From contig NZ_JBLIED010000005.1 of the NCBI RefSeq assembly GCF_047632955.1, positions 21,075 through 85,074 on the forward strand: a DNA stretch of 64,000 nt, in the 5' to 3' direction. The notes below the pieces were generated by a model. It did not search any database. It was given only the letters and a program-made list of their open reading frames with translations, and was not told the DNA's origin. How positions within the stretch are numbered: position 1 is the stretch's first letter; each line of letters opens with the position of its first letter. Position numbers and translations under genes: made by a program. Source of the DNA: Psychromonas sp. (GTDB taxonomy: Bacteria; Pseudomonadota; Gammaproteobacteria; Enterobacterales; Psychromonadaceae). Shown in pieces: positions 1 through 10,198 of the stretch.

Positions 1-1581
1 TTCCAAATTGGTCATTCCATTGGCGTTTTGAGTGTCGCAATTGTCGTCGGCCATCTTGGTTACTCATTCACCCCGGAAGCATTAAATATCGGTTTTATGC
101 TGTTTATCTTTTGTGTTGGTATTGAGGCGGGACCCAATTTTTTTGGTATTTTCATGCGTGACGGAAAGCATTATTTAATACTGGTCTTAGTAGTTTTGGT
201 TTCAGCCATCGGCCTTACACTGCTGTGTGGTCACTATCTTAAATTAGATTATGGACTTTCCGCCGGTATGTTGGCTGGGGCGTTAACTGCAACGCCCATT
301 CTGGTTGGAGCACAGGACGCTTTAAATTCCGGGTTAGCTGTCTTACCTGTTGGTGTGGAATACAATAAAGTGATTAATAACCTCAGTGTCGGTTACGCTA
401 TGTCTTATCTTATCGGGTTAAGCAGCGTCATTTTATTGGCACGTTTATTACCGAAATTACAAAAGCAGGATTTAATACAGAGTGCCCAGGAAATTGCTTT
501 AAAAAGGGGCATCGGTAGCGTTGGCAAACGCAAAGTATACCTGCCGATCATTCGTGCTTATCGTGTCGGGCCTGAACTGATTATTTGGACTGCCGGTAAA
601 ACCCTGCGTGAATTGGGTATTCATCGTCAAACAGGGTGCCATATTGAACGTATACGCCGTAATGGTATTTTGGCCAATCCCGATGGTAATTATATTTTGC
701 AGCAGGGTGATGAAATTGCGCTGGTAGGTTATCCGGACAGTCACGCTAAATTGGACCCCAGTTTTCGCCATGGTAAAGAGGTATTTGACCGCAACTTATT
801 AGATTTACGTATCGTTGAAGAGGAAATTGTCGTTAAAAATGACAGTATTGCAGATAAGCGGTTATCGGATCTTAACCTTTCTGACTACGGTTGTTTTTTA
901 AACCGTGTGCAACGCGCACAAATTGAAATGCCCATTGAGCATGATATTGTTTTGTCTAAAGGTGATATTTTACAAGTAAGCGGTGAAAAAAGTAAGGTGC
1001 ACCGCCTATCTGATAAGATAGGCTTTATTGCCATTCACAGTCAGGTTTCTGACCTGCTGGCTTTTTGTGTGTTTTTTATCATCGGGTTATTATTTGGCAT
1101 GGTCACCATGAGCTTCGGGCAACTTACCTTTGGATTAGGCAGTGCCGTTGGTTTGTTGATTTCGGGTATCAGTCTTGGTTTTTTACGTGCCAACCATCCG
1201 ACCTTTGGTTATATCCCTCAAGGTGCGTTAAATATGATGAAAAACCTCGGTCTATTAGTCTTTATGGTGGGCATCGGTTTAAGCGCGGGCAGTAATGTTT
1301 TTGAATATTTTGCGGATTCCGGATTTAAAATTTTGGCTGCGGCTTTAATCGTCAGTGTGATACCTGTGATGTTGGCCTTTTTAGTAGGGGCTTACCTGCT
1401 AAAAATGAATAGGGCACTGTTAATAGGTGCCATCATTGGTGCCCGTACCTGCGCACCTGCGATGGACATTGTTAATGAGCATACCCACAGTACCATCCCC
1501 GCTTTAGGTTATGCCGGGACTTATGCCATTGCTAATGTATTAATGACCATTGCAGGTACAATAATGATTTTACTAATTTAA
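1..1581 (+). CDS. ybjL: AspT/YidE/YbjL-family transporter with TrkA-C (RCK_C) domains; 5'-truncated by window edge
   Basis: Frame is open from base 1 ([10 protein letters not shown]...). It has YidE_YbjL duplication motifs ([22 protein letters not shown]; [16 protein letters not shown]) around two cytoplasmic RCK_C repeats. Confidence 0.85.
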   Translation, partial: FQIGHSIGVLSVAIVVGHLGYSFTPEALNIGFMLFIFCVGIEAGPNFFGIFMRDGKHYLILVLVVLVSAIGLTLLCGHYLKLDYGLSAGMLAGALTATPILVGAQDALNSGLAVLPVGVEYNKVINNLSVGYAMSYLIGLSSVILLARLLPKLQKQDLIQSAQEIALKRGIGSVGKRKVYLPIIRAYRVGPELIIWTAGKTLRELGIHRQTGCHIERIRRNGILANPDGNYILQQGDEIALVGYPDSHAKLDPSFRHGKEVFDRNLLDLRIVEEEIVVKNDSIADKRLSDLNLSDYGCFLNRVQRAQIEMPIEHDIVLSKGDILQVSGEKSKVHRLSDKIGFIAIHSQVSDLLAFCVFFIIGLLFGMVTMSFGQLTFGLGSAVGLLISGISLGFLRANHPTFGYIPQGALNMMKNLGLLVFMVGIGLSAGSNVFEYFADSGFKILAAALIVSVIPVMLAFLVGAYLLKMNRALLIGAIIGARTCAPAMDIVNEHTHSTIPALGYAGTYAIANVLMTIAGTIMILLI

Positions 1582-1687
1582 TACGGTTTTGCTGATTCTG
1601 GGGGATAAGTTTTGATTTTTCAGTGGTATTAGTGGTAACGGGTATGAGAGTTGATTTGATGACCGAAGCGTTTAACAATAGTCTAAA

Positions 1688-1706
1688 GGGCGTCTGTTAA
1701 GCGCCC
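1688..1706. terminator. Hairpin between convergent genes
   Basis: GGGCGT-ctgttaa-GCGCCC. Confidence 0.5.
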
Positions 1707-1713
1707 AGAGTGA

Positions 1714-2874
1714 TTAAGAGCAGCAGTTTTTTTGTTTTAGTTTTTTAGGGATCATATTATAAAGAACTTTTGCCATTAATATTGCCAGAATAATGGCTGA
1801 AGTATGAACCACTATCTCTGGTAATAACTGATGTTGCTCACCGATTTGAGGTATGACTGCAATACCAAAAGTACTGACCAGATAGTTAACTAATATGCCC
1901 GATACTAATGCCACGCTTAACACTCCCCCCAGATAGCCCCATAATGCGCGTTTTCCAAGTTCGTTCGCGACCACGCCCAGGGTCGCTATATTAGTGGCAG
2001 GGCCGGCTAACATAAACACTAATACGGCTCCCGGTGAGACGCCCGCTAATAATAATCCGGCGGCGATCGGCGTTGAAGCCGTTGCGCAGATATACATAGG
2101 CACGGAAATGATCACCATCACCAGCATGGCTAAAATGCCATCACCCCATTTCACTAAAAAATCAGCGGGGACATAGGTCTGTACCAGAGCCGCAAAAAAC
2201 AGTCCGAGCAGCAGCCAAACTGTTATATCCTTTACTAAATCCGTTGCCGCAAAATGAAATCCCTTAAGGATCCGTCCGATAATAGAGGTTCCCTGCAATT
2301 GTGTGGCAATATCTTCAGTTGACTCGCAGCATTGTTCAGTTTCAGGTTGCTCAGACACTGTGCCTGAACAACAGGATTTAATTTCGGGTGCTTTGTGACT
2401 CGAACAGCAGGTACTCTTATTTGTCTCTTTGGAAGGGGAAACACTGCTACTCTTTACGTTTTTTTCACTTTCTTTTTGTACTTCATCTTTGCCTACCAAT
2501 AAACCTGCAACTATTGCGCTGGTGATTGCGGCGACTGGTCTCACTACCGCCATAAAAGGACCCAGTAAGACATAAGAAACTGTGATTGAATCAACGCCCG
2601 TTTCTGGTGTTGAGACTAAAAAAGAAGTGGTTGCCGCTTTAGATGCGCCTGAGCGTCTTAGGCCGACTGCGGCAGGAATAACACCGCATGAACACAAGGG
2701 TAAAGGTGCACCGATTAAAGCCGCTTTTAGGGTACTTTTAAAACCGTGCCCGCCCAACTGCTTGTGGATCCATTTCATGGGGACAAACATCTTAAGCAAA
2801 CCCGCGAATATTAACCCCAGTAATAACCACGGAGCAGAGTCCAGAAAGAGATCGATAAAATTAAGTAGTAGCAT
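1714..2874 (-). CDS. SO_0444-family (DUF318/ArsP-like) metal efflux permease with Cys-rich loop
   Basis: Motifs PLPLCSCGVIP, STPETGVDS, PMYICATASTP and GPATN. Central CC..SCC..QCC loop and C-terminal NCCS. Confidence 0.85.
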   Translation of the reverse strand: MLLLNFIDLFLDSAPWLLLGLIFAGLLKMFVPMKWIHKQLGGHGFKSTLKAALIGAPLPLCSCGVIPAAVGLRRSGASKAATTSFLVSTPETGVDSITVSYVLLGPFMAVVRPVAAITSAIVAGLLVGKDEVQKESEKNVKSSSVSPSKETNKSTCCSSHKAPEIKSCCSGTVSEQPETEQCCESTEDIATQLQGTSIIGRILKGFHFAATDLVKDITVWLLLGLFFAALVQTYVPADFLVKWGDGILAMLVMVIISVPMYICATASTPIAAGLLLAGVSPGAVLVFMLAGPATNIATLGVVANELGKRALWGYLGGVLSVALVSGILVNYLVSTFGIAVIPQIGEQHQLLPEIVVHTSAIILAILMAKVLYNMIPKKLKQKNCCS

Positions 2875-2876
2875 AA

Positions 2877-3344
2877 TTAAGCCTTATTTTGTCTGTGTAT
2901 ATGGGGTTGTAGATGCCCGCTATTAGTGCAATTTATCGGATATGACTTTGATTCTAATGCCTCGAGAATAGAGCAATGTTCAGCACTTTCCAGCCCGCCA
3001 CAACAGGCATCGGAGAGCTGTTGTAAAGCGCGCTTAAAATAATTGAGTTGTTCTATTTTTTCACTGATATCTGTTAATTTAAGATCAACCACACACTTCA
3101 CGTCTACGCAGGCTTTATTGGATTTATTGAGCTCAATAGAAAGCAACTCTGAAATCTCCACTAGGGTAAAACCGATGGCCTTGGCTTTTAATATAAAGCG
3201 TAATCGCTCCGCATCTTTTTTTGTATAGAGTCTATACCCAGATTCAGATCTTGATGACGGCACAAAAAGTCCCTGCTTATCGTAAAACCTTAAGGTGTCT
3301 GTCTTTATATTACAGAGCTTTGCAAGCTCACCGATTCGGTACAT
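2877..3344 (-). CDS. zntR: Zn(II)-responsive MerR-family regulator ZntR
   Basis: MerR HTH (MYRIGELAK..DTLRFYD..RSESGYRLY). Metal-binding Cys in KACVDVK and DACCGG..EHCSILEAL. Confidence 0.88.
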   Translation of the reverse strand: MYRIGELAKLCNIKTDTLRFYDKQGLFVPSSRSESGYRLYTKKDAERLRFILKAKAIGFTLVEISELLSIELNKSNKACVDVKCVVDLKLTDISEKIEQLNYFKRALQQLSDACCGGLESAEHCSILEALESKSYPINCTNSGHLQPHIHRQNKA

Positions 3345-3375
3345 TTTTTATCCTATTCTGAGGTATCCGGTGTTA

Positions 3376-3407
3376 AGTATAAACCTTAGAGTTAAATCAA
3401 AGGTAAA
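3376..3407 (-). promoter_or_regulatory. MerR-type promoter with 20-bp spacer and dyad operator
   Basis: On the minus strand: -35 TTTACC (3402-3407), 20-bp spacer, -10 TATACT (3376-3381). Imperfect dyad ACCTTAGAGT-TA-AATCAAAGGT at 3383-3404. Confidence 0.8.
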
Positions 3408-3605
3408 GAAATTTTGTTGGTTATTTACTCTTAATGAAATTTATTAAAGAGTTGCCCTATTTAAACTGCTTAAAAGCTGGCTTCCTGCACCCTAAACAGG
3501 GCCTTTATTTGGTAATAGGGGGGATTAACCGTGCTGGCAGGCTTATCTTTTGCGGAAGTCTAAGATAGACTGTGTTTTTGTTTAACTGCCGTTGAGGATG
3601 TTTTT

Positions 3606-4760
3606 TTGAAGCATATTATCGTATTTTTTTCCGCACTGCTTGTGCTGAGTGTCTTGTCACCCGTATCCGCTAAATCAGCCTCCCCTTCAAAAATAGAAAA
3701 TGAGTTCAACAAACAGTTTAAGCAGGCGATGCGGGTATATAAAATCCCCGGTGCCGCTTATGCCATTGTGCGCGGCGATCACGTGTCGACTATTAAAACC
3801 TATGGCGTACGCGGCAAAAAGAATAAACAAGCCATCGACAAAAATACTTCATTTAGATTGGCATCGGTATCAAAAACATTTTCCGCCGAGTTGGCTGCGC
3901 TGATGGTTGAAAAAAAAGCCTTTTCCTGGAACGATTCTATTGTTGATTATATTCCTGAATTTAAGCTTAAAGAGGCAGGTCAGGCCGAAGCTATTACCAT
4001 CAAGCATGTACTGAGTCACAGCAGCGGATTAATGCCCAATGCTTTTGACGGGTATTTAAAAGGTCGTTTTCGATTTAGCCATATTATATCAAAATTTGAA
4101 GTGCTAGCGCCTTATTGCTCTCCCGGAGCATGTTACGGTTATCAGAATGTTCTGTTTAGCTTTATCGAAGAGGTGCTTAAACGCAGTACAGGTAAAACAT
4201 ACGCACAATTGATGCAGCAGATGATCTTTTCCCCGTTAGCAATGAATAATGCAAGCGTCGGTTTTAAAGCTTATCAAAATACCATTAATAAAGCCTACCC
4301 TCATATTAAAGTCAGCCGCAATGGGCCTTGGCATCAGGTGAAAGTTAAACCAGATTTCTACAAAGTCGCGCCTGCAGCCGGTATCAATGCGAGCATTACT
4401 GATATGAGCAAATGGTTGATTGCGCAGTTGGGGCATAGGCCTAATGTGATTTCTGCACCGTTATTAGACACGGTAAGAGAGCCGGTTGTTAGTACCGAAA
4501 AAGATATAACAGGTCGCACCTGGAAAGGCATTATTGATGATGCGCATTATGCTATTGGCTGGCGTGTTTACCAATATCATGATGATATATTATATTTTCA
4601 CAGCGGTTGGGTTGAGGGGTATCGAGCCGTGATTGCCTATTCAAAAGATAAGCAGATAGGGTTAGTTATCCTGGCCAATGCCGAATCGCGCAGTATTGAT
4701 AAATTAACGGTTAATTTCTGGCGTTTGTTACTTAAAGAACCCTCGGTTAAGACAAAATAA
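3606..4760 (+). CDS. Exported serine hydrolase, beta-lactamase class C/AmpH-like family
   Basis: Signal peptide, SxxK motif (ASVSKTF), LLxHxSG-like motif, YxN motif (YQN) and HSG motif. Confidence 0.85.
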   Translation: MKHIIVFFSALLVLSVLSPVSAKSASPSKIENEFNKQFKQAMRVYKIPGAAYAIVRGDHVSTIKTYGVRGKKNKQAIDKNTSFRLASVSKTFSAELAALMVEKKAFSWNDSIVDYIPEFKLKEAGQAEAITIKHVLSHSSGLMPNAFDGYLKGRFRFSHIISKFEVLAPYCSPGACYGYQNVLFSFIEEVLKRSTGKTYAQLMQQMIFSPLAMNNASVGFKAYQNTINKAYPHIKVSRNGPWHQVKVKPDFYKVAPAAGINASITDMSKWLIAQLGHRPNVISAPLLDTVREPVVSTEKDITGRTWKGIIDDAHYAIGWRVYQYHDDILYFHSGWVEGYRAVIAYSKDKQIGLVILANAESRSIDKLTVNFWRLLLKEPSVKTK

Positions 4761-4770
4761 TAAGTGAATA

Positions 4771-4802
4771 ATAGTAATTCGCTTAATTAAGCGAATTACT
4801 AT
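4771..4802. repeat. Perfect 32-bp palindrome (probable terminator hairpin)
   Basis: ATAGTAATTCGCTTAA|TTAAGCGAATTACTAT. Confidence 0.8.
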
Positions 4803-4856
4803 CAACACTGCATCTATTTCCGTGCCTGTTGTTGCGAAGGCAATAAACGCAGTGAG

Positions 4857-4887
4857 CTATTTTGGGCTAAAAAATAGCCCAAAATAG
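4857..4887. terminator. 13-bp perfect inverted repeat, terminator-like
   Basis: CTATTTTGGGCTA-aaaaa-TAGCCCAAAATAG, between convergent genes. Confidence 0.65.
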
Positions 4888-4893
4888 TTGTCG

Positions 4894-6225
4894 TTATTGT
4901 TGCTCTGAAGGGGATGTTGTTTCTGTTGCTTCCTGATCCGTTATGGTTAACCCCACTTCTTGTGCATTTTGCTTAACTACATTTTTCTTGGACTCTGAAC
5001 CTTGCTGCTCTAACTCTTTTATGTTGCTACGCTTACCTAAGTTATATACCGCATAACCTGCACTCACAAATTGGTCTTCAGCTCGGCCCAATACCACCGC
5101 ATCAAAGGGCGCAAAGAGTATTTCAACCTGATCATTGACGGGGTTGCTTATTTTGCCCAGTAATTCTCCCTTATTGACCTTTTCTCCCAGCGCCACTTTA
5201 TTAATCAAAATACCTCCTTGCTGGGAACGAAGCCATTGAGACGCGTAAAATGTTGGTTGTGGGGAGGACCAAAAAAATGAGTGCGGTAAAATATCAATTG
5301 AACTGAGGTAGCTACGCAGCGCCTTTACTGCGGTTTCAATTAAGGCGATATTGATGGTGAAAGGTCCGCCGACTTCCATGACCACCGTTGGGATCCCCAC
5401 TTTTGTCGCAGAACCCCGTAAACTACCCGAAGGTGCGCTGCTTTGTAGTACTGAAACCGCGCCAAATTGTTTGGCCATCTCAGCCACCGCCGGTATGGTC
5501 AAATCAACCCGCAGTTGGGTGATATTTTCGCGATACATGGATCCAGAATGCAGATCGATTAAACTGTCACAGTGACTGATAATATTGTTAAACAGACTGT
5601 AGGCTACCCGAGATGCGGTGGAACCATTAATATCGCCGGGAAAGGCGCGGTTAAGATCGCGACGGTCTGACATGTAACGATCTTTACGCCATAAACCATC
5701 CATATTAACGACAGGTACTGAAATAAGCGTACCTTTAAGATCTTCGGATTTTATATTTTGTACCACGCGTCGCGCAATTTCGACACCGTTCACCTCATCT
5801 CCATGCACGGCAGCGGTTAAACAGACCGTTGGACCAGGCTCTTTACCATGAATAACCACCACCGGTGTTGCCAGATCAAAACCGCCCGATATATGGCCGG
5901 AATACCATTTAATGGTGGTCTTACTATTAATGGGTAAGGTATTACCCAAGAGTGTGATGGTTTCCCAAACAGGCTCTGCGGGTGCATTTTCAAGCTCAGT
6001 AATGGGGATTTCTGCGGCGCTATTTTTTTCTGCAGGAAGTACTATTTCCTTTAAATCATTGGCCGAAGGCGTTTTAGGATCGGTAACACAGGGCTCGTCA
6101 GCAGATTGACAAGGTAATGCTAATTCAATGGCAGGGGACTCTTCGAGTTGCTCATCTTGCTCGGTAGCAAAAGTAGGCGTACAGCAACACAAAAAGAGTG
6201 CAACACAGGATAGACGAAATGGCAT
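4894..6225 (-). CDS. Exported M14 succinylglutamate desuccinylase/aspartoacylase-family metallopeptidase
   Basis: Zn ligands in AAVHGDEVNG and DLHSG, plus DLNRAFPG and a C-terminal barrel-sandwich region. Start moved from ORF 6339 to ATG 6225 (MPFRLSCVALFL.. signal peptide). Confidence 0.8.
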   Translation of the reverse strand: MPFRLSCVALFLCCCTPTFATEQDEQLEESPAIELALPCQSADEPCVTDPKTPSANDLKEIVLPAEKNSAAEIPITELENAPAEPVWETITLLGNTLPINSKTTIKWYSGHISGGFDLATPVVVIHGKEPGPTVCLTAAVHGDEVNGVEIARRVVQNIKSEDLKGTLISVPVVNMDGLWRKDRYMSDRRDLNRAFPGDINGSTASRVAYSLFNNIISHCDSLIDLHSGSMYRENITQLRVDLTIPAVAEMAKQFGAVSVLQSSAPSGSLRGSATKVGIPTVVMEVGGPFTINIALIETAVKALRSYLSSIDILPHSFFWSSPQPTFYASQWLRSQQGGILINKVALGEKVNKGELLGKISNPVNDQVEILFAPFDAVVLGRAEDQFVSAGYAVYNLGKRSNIKELEQQGSESKKNVVKQNAQEVGLTITDQEATETTSPSEQQ

Positions 6226-6536
6226 GAAGTTTCCAATTATGACAGGTAGTTGATTAAGATCTGCCCGTTCGGGCATGAAAAGATTGATAGTGTAGCCATT
6301 TTTATAATGATAATGAAGGTTTTTAGCGATGTCGGACAATACATTATATCGCTATTATTTTTAATTTATATTTTAGGTATCGAGCTAAAGCTGTTGCAGC
6401 ATTCTTTGTGGCACGGATGTTGTTCTTTTGCCAAAGAAAAATCGTTTAAGTGCTTTTGTTTTTTATTACAGTTTTACTTTTGTTTATGGAATTCTTATGT
6501 ACAGTACGTATTCTATTTTTGTAAACAGGGTTTATC

Positions 6537-7121
6537 ATGCAAAAAACATTATTACGGGGCATATTAAATATATTACCCTTGGCCGTGTCGGTGTGGTTAT
6601 GCTGGTCCATTACAGTGGCGCTCGATGATATGGGGCATGCTGTTTTAACCTTAATCGGTCTAGGTAATCAGTGGACGGGCAGCGGTTTCATTCTTATTTT
6701 TTGTTTGTTACTGGTGGCCGGCGTGGCCTTTAGTGTCAGCCCAATCATTTGGTTGTATCAAAAGCTTGAGAAACAGATATTACGCTTTCCCTTTTTTAGA
6801 ACCATTTATACCTCGATCAAGGATTTAGCATCCCTGGCAAGCAGTGACGACTCAAAAAATCAAAAACGTCAGACGGTCTTATTCAAACAAGGCAATGGCA
6901 CTTATATTGTCGGCTTTGTGACCTCAGAAACTGTCCCTAAGGTAGTCAATGATGCTTTACCAGAAGATGAGTGGGTGCCTGTTTTAATTCAAATGAGTTA
7001 TCAGGTCGCAGGGATCACTTCACTGGTCAAACGCAGCGAGCTTATTTATGTTGACTGGCCTTTTGAAGATGCAATGCGCTTTATGTTAACCGCGGGCATT
7101 TCGCCGGCAGCTCTAAAATAG
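6537..7121 (+). CDS. DUF502-family membrane protein
   Basis: Two N-terminal TM helices, then R.PFFRTIY.SIKD and a GFVT motif. C-terminal EDAMRFMLTAGI is typical of DUF502. Confidence 0.75.
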   Translation: MQKTLLRGILNILPLAVSVWLCWSITVALDDMGHAVLTLIGLGNQWTGSGFILIFCLLLVAGVAFSVSPIIWLYQKLEKQILRFPFFRTIYTSIKDLASLASSDDSKNQKRQTVLFKQGNGTYIVGFVTSETVPKVVNDALPEDEWVPVLIQMSYQVAGITSLVKRSELIYVDWPFEDAMRFMLTAGISPAALK

Positions 7122-7195
7122 CCTTGTAATTTGAAGGTGCGGCTTACTGCATCTTCAGTCATTTTCATGGTGCTTAACAAAAGTGAAGATTAATC

Positions 7196-7789
7196 ATGAC
7201 TGTCAATTTTTCCCAATCCTGTGAAAAAAATAAAATTTTTATACTCAATGTATTAAAGCCGCTATTAAAAAATCGCTGCCATATTGTCGAAATAGGCAGC
7301 GGCACGGGGCAGCATGCTCGCTATTTTGCCGAGCAGCTTGCCCATATAACCTGGCAAAGCACCGAGCGCACTTTATGGATTTCAGATTTAAGCGAAGCAA
7401 TAAGCGCATTTAACGGTGCAAACCTGCCTGCACCATTACCTTTAGATGTGAGTGAAAAAGAGTGGCCAATTGGACCTTGTGAAGTTATTTTTACGGCCAA
7501 TACACTGCATATAATGTCGTGGAATAATGTTCAACAGTTCTTTACCGGTGTAGCAAATGTTCTTCAAGTTGAGGGGGATTTATTTATTTACGGGCCGTTT
7601 AATTATCGAGGGGAATATACCAGTAACAGCAATAAAGATTTTGATCAATTTTTAAAGCGTAAAGCTCCTCACAGTGCGATTCGTCATTTTGAAGCAATAT
7701 TAGCATTAGCAAAGCTGGCAGGGCTGCAACTTGTTGATGATTATGCCATGCCAGCCAATAACCGTTTATTACATTTTATAAGGCGCTAA
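7196..7789 (+). CDS. DUF938-family SAM-dependent methyltransferase
   Basis: SCEKNK..I, EIGSGTGQH, ANTLHIM, YGPF and MPANN motifs. Confidence 0.85.
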   Translation: MTVNFSQSCEKNKIFILNVLKPLLKNRCHIVEIGSGTGQHARYFAEQLAHITWQSTERTLWISDLSEAISAFNGANLPAPLPLDVSEKEWPIGPCEVIFTANTLHIMSWNNVQQFFTGVANVLQVEGDLFIYGPFNYRGEYTSNSNKDFDQFLKRKAPHSAIRHFEAILALAKLAGLQLVDDYAMPANNRLLHFIRR

Positions 7790-7843
7790 GGTCAACAGAC
7801 TCTAATAGAAAAATTCTTATCTTTAATGTTTAACTGAGTGACA

Positions 7844-7879
7844 AAAAAGCCCTAACAATTAGCTTGTTTAGGGCTTTTT
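7844..7879. terminator. Bidirectional intrinsic terminator
   Basis: AAAAAGCCCTAACAA..TTGTTTAGGGCTTTTT between convergent genes. Confidence 0.7.
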
Positions 7880-7949
7880 AATATTGATATGCCGCCCGTA
7901 ATATTAACAGGCGATCATAGTTTCAATAAAATCAAAGAGCATCTAACGG

Positions 7950-10010
7950 TTACATAATACGTTGGCCGGGTTTTGCGCCATCATCGGGATTTAGAATGTG
8001 GATTTCTTTACCGCCGGGACCTGTTGCTAATACCATGCCTTCTGATAAACCGAACTTCATTTGTCGTGGTGCTAAGTTGGCAACCATCACCGTCAGTTTG
8101 CCCTCAAGCTCTTCGGGTGTATAGGCTGACTTAATGCCGGCAAATACGGTGCGGGTCTCACCGCCTAAATCCAAGGTTAGTTTAAGCAGCTTGTTAGCCT
8201 TAGGCACCGCTTCTGCTTTTGCGATTAATACAACGCGCAGGTCTGTTTTAGCAAAAGTATCAAAGTCAATTTCCGGCGCCAGCGGTTCTTTGTCAAGTTC
8301 TGATTTGTCAGCTTCCAGTTGCGCTGCTGCTTGTTTCTGTTTGGCAGCTTTATCGGCTTCCAGACTGTCCTTCGATGCGTCAACCATGGCTTCTACATGT
8401 TTAGGATCAATACGTTGGAATAACGCTTTGAATTTATTGATGCGATGACCGGCAAGGGGCGTTTTAATGATTTCCCAATCGAGGGTTTCCGCCAGGAAGT
8501 CTTCACTGCGTATTGCCAGTTTTGGCATAATAGGTTTTAGATAAGTCATTAGGACACGGAATAAGTTAATTCCCATTGAGCAGATATCCTGTACCTCAAC
8601 TTCGCTGCCTTCCTGTTTTGCTAATGCCCAGGGTGCTTTTTCGTCAATATATTTGTTCGCTATATCGGCTAATGCCATTATTTCACGAATCGCACGGGCA
8701 AAATCACGTTGTTCAAACAAGCTGGCAATGCTTTCCCCTGCATCAATAAAAGATTGATATAACTGCGGCTCAGAAACGCTGTTGGATAATTGACCGTCGT
8801 ATTTTTTAGTAATAAAACCTGCTGTGCGTGAGGCAAGATTAACCAGTTTGTTAACCACATCAGAGTTCACTCGTTGGGTGAAGTCTTCAAGGTTTAAATC
8901 TAAATCGTCAATACGACTGGTTAATTTGGCGGCATAATAATAACGCAGACACTCAGGATCGAGATTATCTAGATATGTGCTGGCTTTAATAAAAGTGCCT
9001 TTAGATTTTGACATTTTAGCGCCGTTTACCGTGACATAACCGTGGACGTTAATCGCGGTTGGTTTACGGTACCCTGCACCTTCTAACACAGCCGGCCAAA
9101 ATAGGCTGTGGAAGTTAACAATATCTTTACCGATGAAATGGTATAACTCAGCTGCACTGTCTTTTTTCCAGTATTCATCAAAGTTAAGCCCTTCGGTTTT
9201 ATCACAGAGGTTTTTAAAGCTGCCCATGTAACCGATCGGTGCATCTAACCAGACATAGAAATATTTACCCGGTGCATCGGGTATTTCAAAACCAAAGTAG
9301 GGTGCATCGCGGGTGATATCCCACTGTTTTAAGCCGGTTTCAAACCATTCACCGACTTTATTTGCCATTTCTGTCTGCAGTGCGCCGGATTTAGTCCAGA
9401 CTTTTAACATATCTTCAAATTGTGGCAGATCGAAAAAGAAATGCTCAGTGTCTTTCATAATGGGCGTGCTGCCGGAAACCGCTGATTTTGGGTTAATCAT
9501 CTCGGTTGGGCTGTAGGTTGCGCCACAAACGTCACAGTTATCGCCGTATTGATCTTCAGCTTTACACTCGGGGCAGGTGCCTTTTACAAAACGATCCGGT
9601 AAAAACATCTGTTTTTCAGGATCAAATAATTGTGAGATGGTTCTATTGGTAATGAAACCATTTTCACGCAGGGCGATATAGATTTGTGAAGACAGCGCCT
9701 GGTTCTCTTCGCTGTGGGTACTGTGGTAGTTGTCAAAGCTGATGTTAAAACCGGAAAAATCGCTTTCATGGGAAGATCGAATGTCCGCTATCATCTCGGT
9801 CGGTTTAATACCCATCTCTTGTGCTTTAAGCATAATAGGCGTGCCGTGCGCATCATCTGCACAAATAAAATGGATATTATGACCACGTAAGCGCTGAAAA
9901 CGTACCCAGATGTCAGCTTGAACATGTTCAAGCATGTGGCCGAGATGAATCGGACCGTTTGCATAGGGTAGAGCGCAGGTAACAAGGATTTTACGTTGTT
10001 GAATTTCCAT
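7950..10010 (-). CDS. metG: Methionine--tRNA ligase
   Basis: HLGH (HIGH) and KMSKS motifs, Zn knuckle (CPEC..CDVC), C-terminal tRNA-binding domain. Confidence 0.98.
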   Translation of the reverse strand: MEIQQRKILVTCALPYANGPIHLGHMLEHVQADIWVRFQRLRGHNIHFICADDAHGTPIMLKAQEMGIKPTEMIADIRSSHESDFSGFNISFDNYHSTHSEENQALSSQIYIALRENGFITNRTISQLFDPEKQMFLPDRFVKGTCPECKAEDQYGDNCDVCGATYSPTEMINPKSAVSGSTPIMKDTEHFFFDLPQFEDMLKVWTKSGALQTEMANKVGEWFETGLKQWDITRDAPYFGFEIPDAPGKYFYVWLDAPIGYMGSFKNLCDKTEGLNFDEYWKKDSAAELYHFIGKDIVNFHSLFWPAVLEGAGYRKPTAINVHGYVTVNGAKMSKSKGTFIKASTYLDNLDPECLRYYYAAKLTSRIDDLDLNLEDFTQRVNSDVVNKLVNLASRTAGFITKKYDGQLSNSVSEPQLYQSFIDAGESIASLFEQRDFARAIREIMALADIANKYIDEKAPWALAKQEGSEVEVQDICSMGINLFRVLMTYLKPIMPKLAIRSEDFLAETLDWEIIKTPLAGHRINKFKALFQRIDPKHVEAMVDASKDSLEADKAAKQKQAAAQLEADKSELDKEPLAPEIDFDTFAKTDLRVVLIAKAEAVPKANKLLKLTLDLGGETRTVFAGIKSAYTPEELEGKLTVMVANLAPRQMKFGLSEGMVLATGPGGKEIHILNPDDGAKPGQRIM

Positions 10011-10198
10011 TTTATTTATTATTCCCGTTGTATTAAATCTAAATTTTAAGGGGGGAGTTTACCCAAAAAAGGCTTAAAATCCCACTCTTAAATGGGCTTG
10101 TAAAATCCTTATTTATTTGTGGGTGAAATAACAACAGGTTTTGTTACACTGTTTTTATCGTAACAGGAGATTTTGTTGCTTAAAAATAAGGAGCATTT

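Noticed and set aside
6250-6628. ORFs 6250-6567 and 6428-6628
   Set aside because: These are AT-rich promoter-region frames with aromatic/Cys-biased composition that overlap real gene starts.
10011-10198. Riboswitch or Met boxes upstream of metG
   Set aside because: Only a weak hairpin and a short direct repeat are present, with no SAM/T-box core or AGACGTCT tandem.
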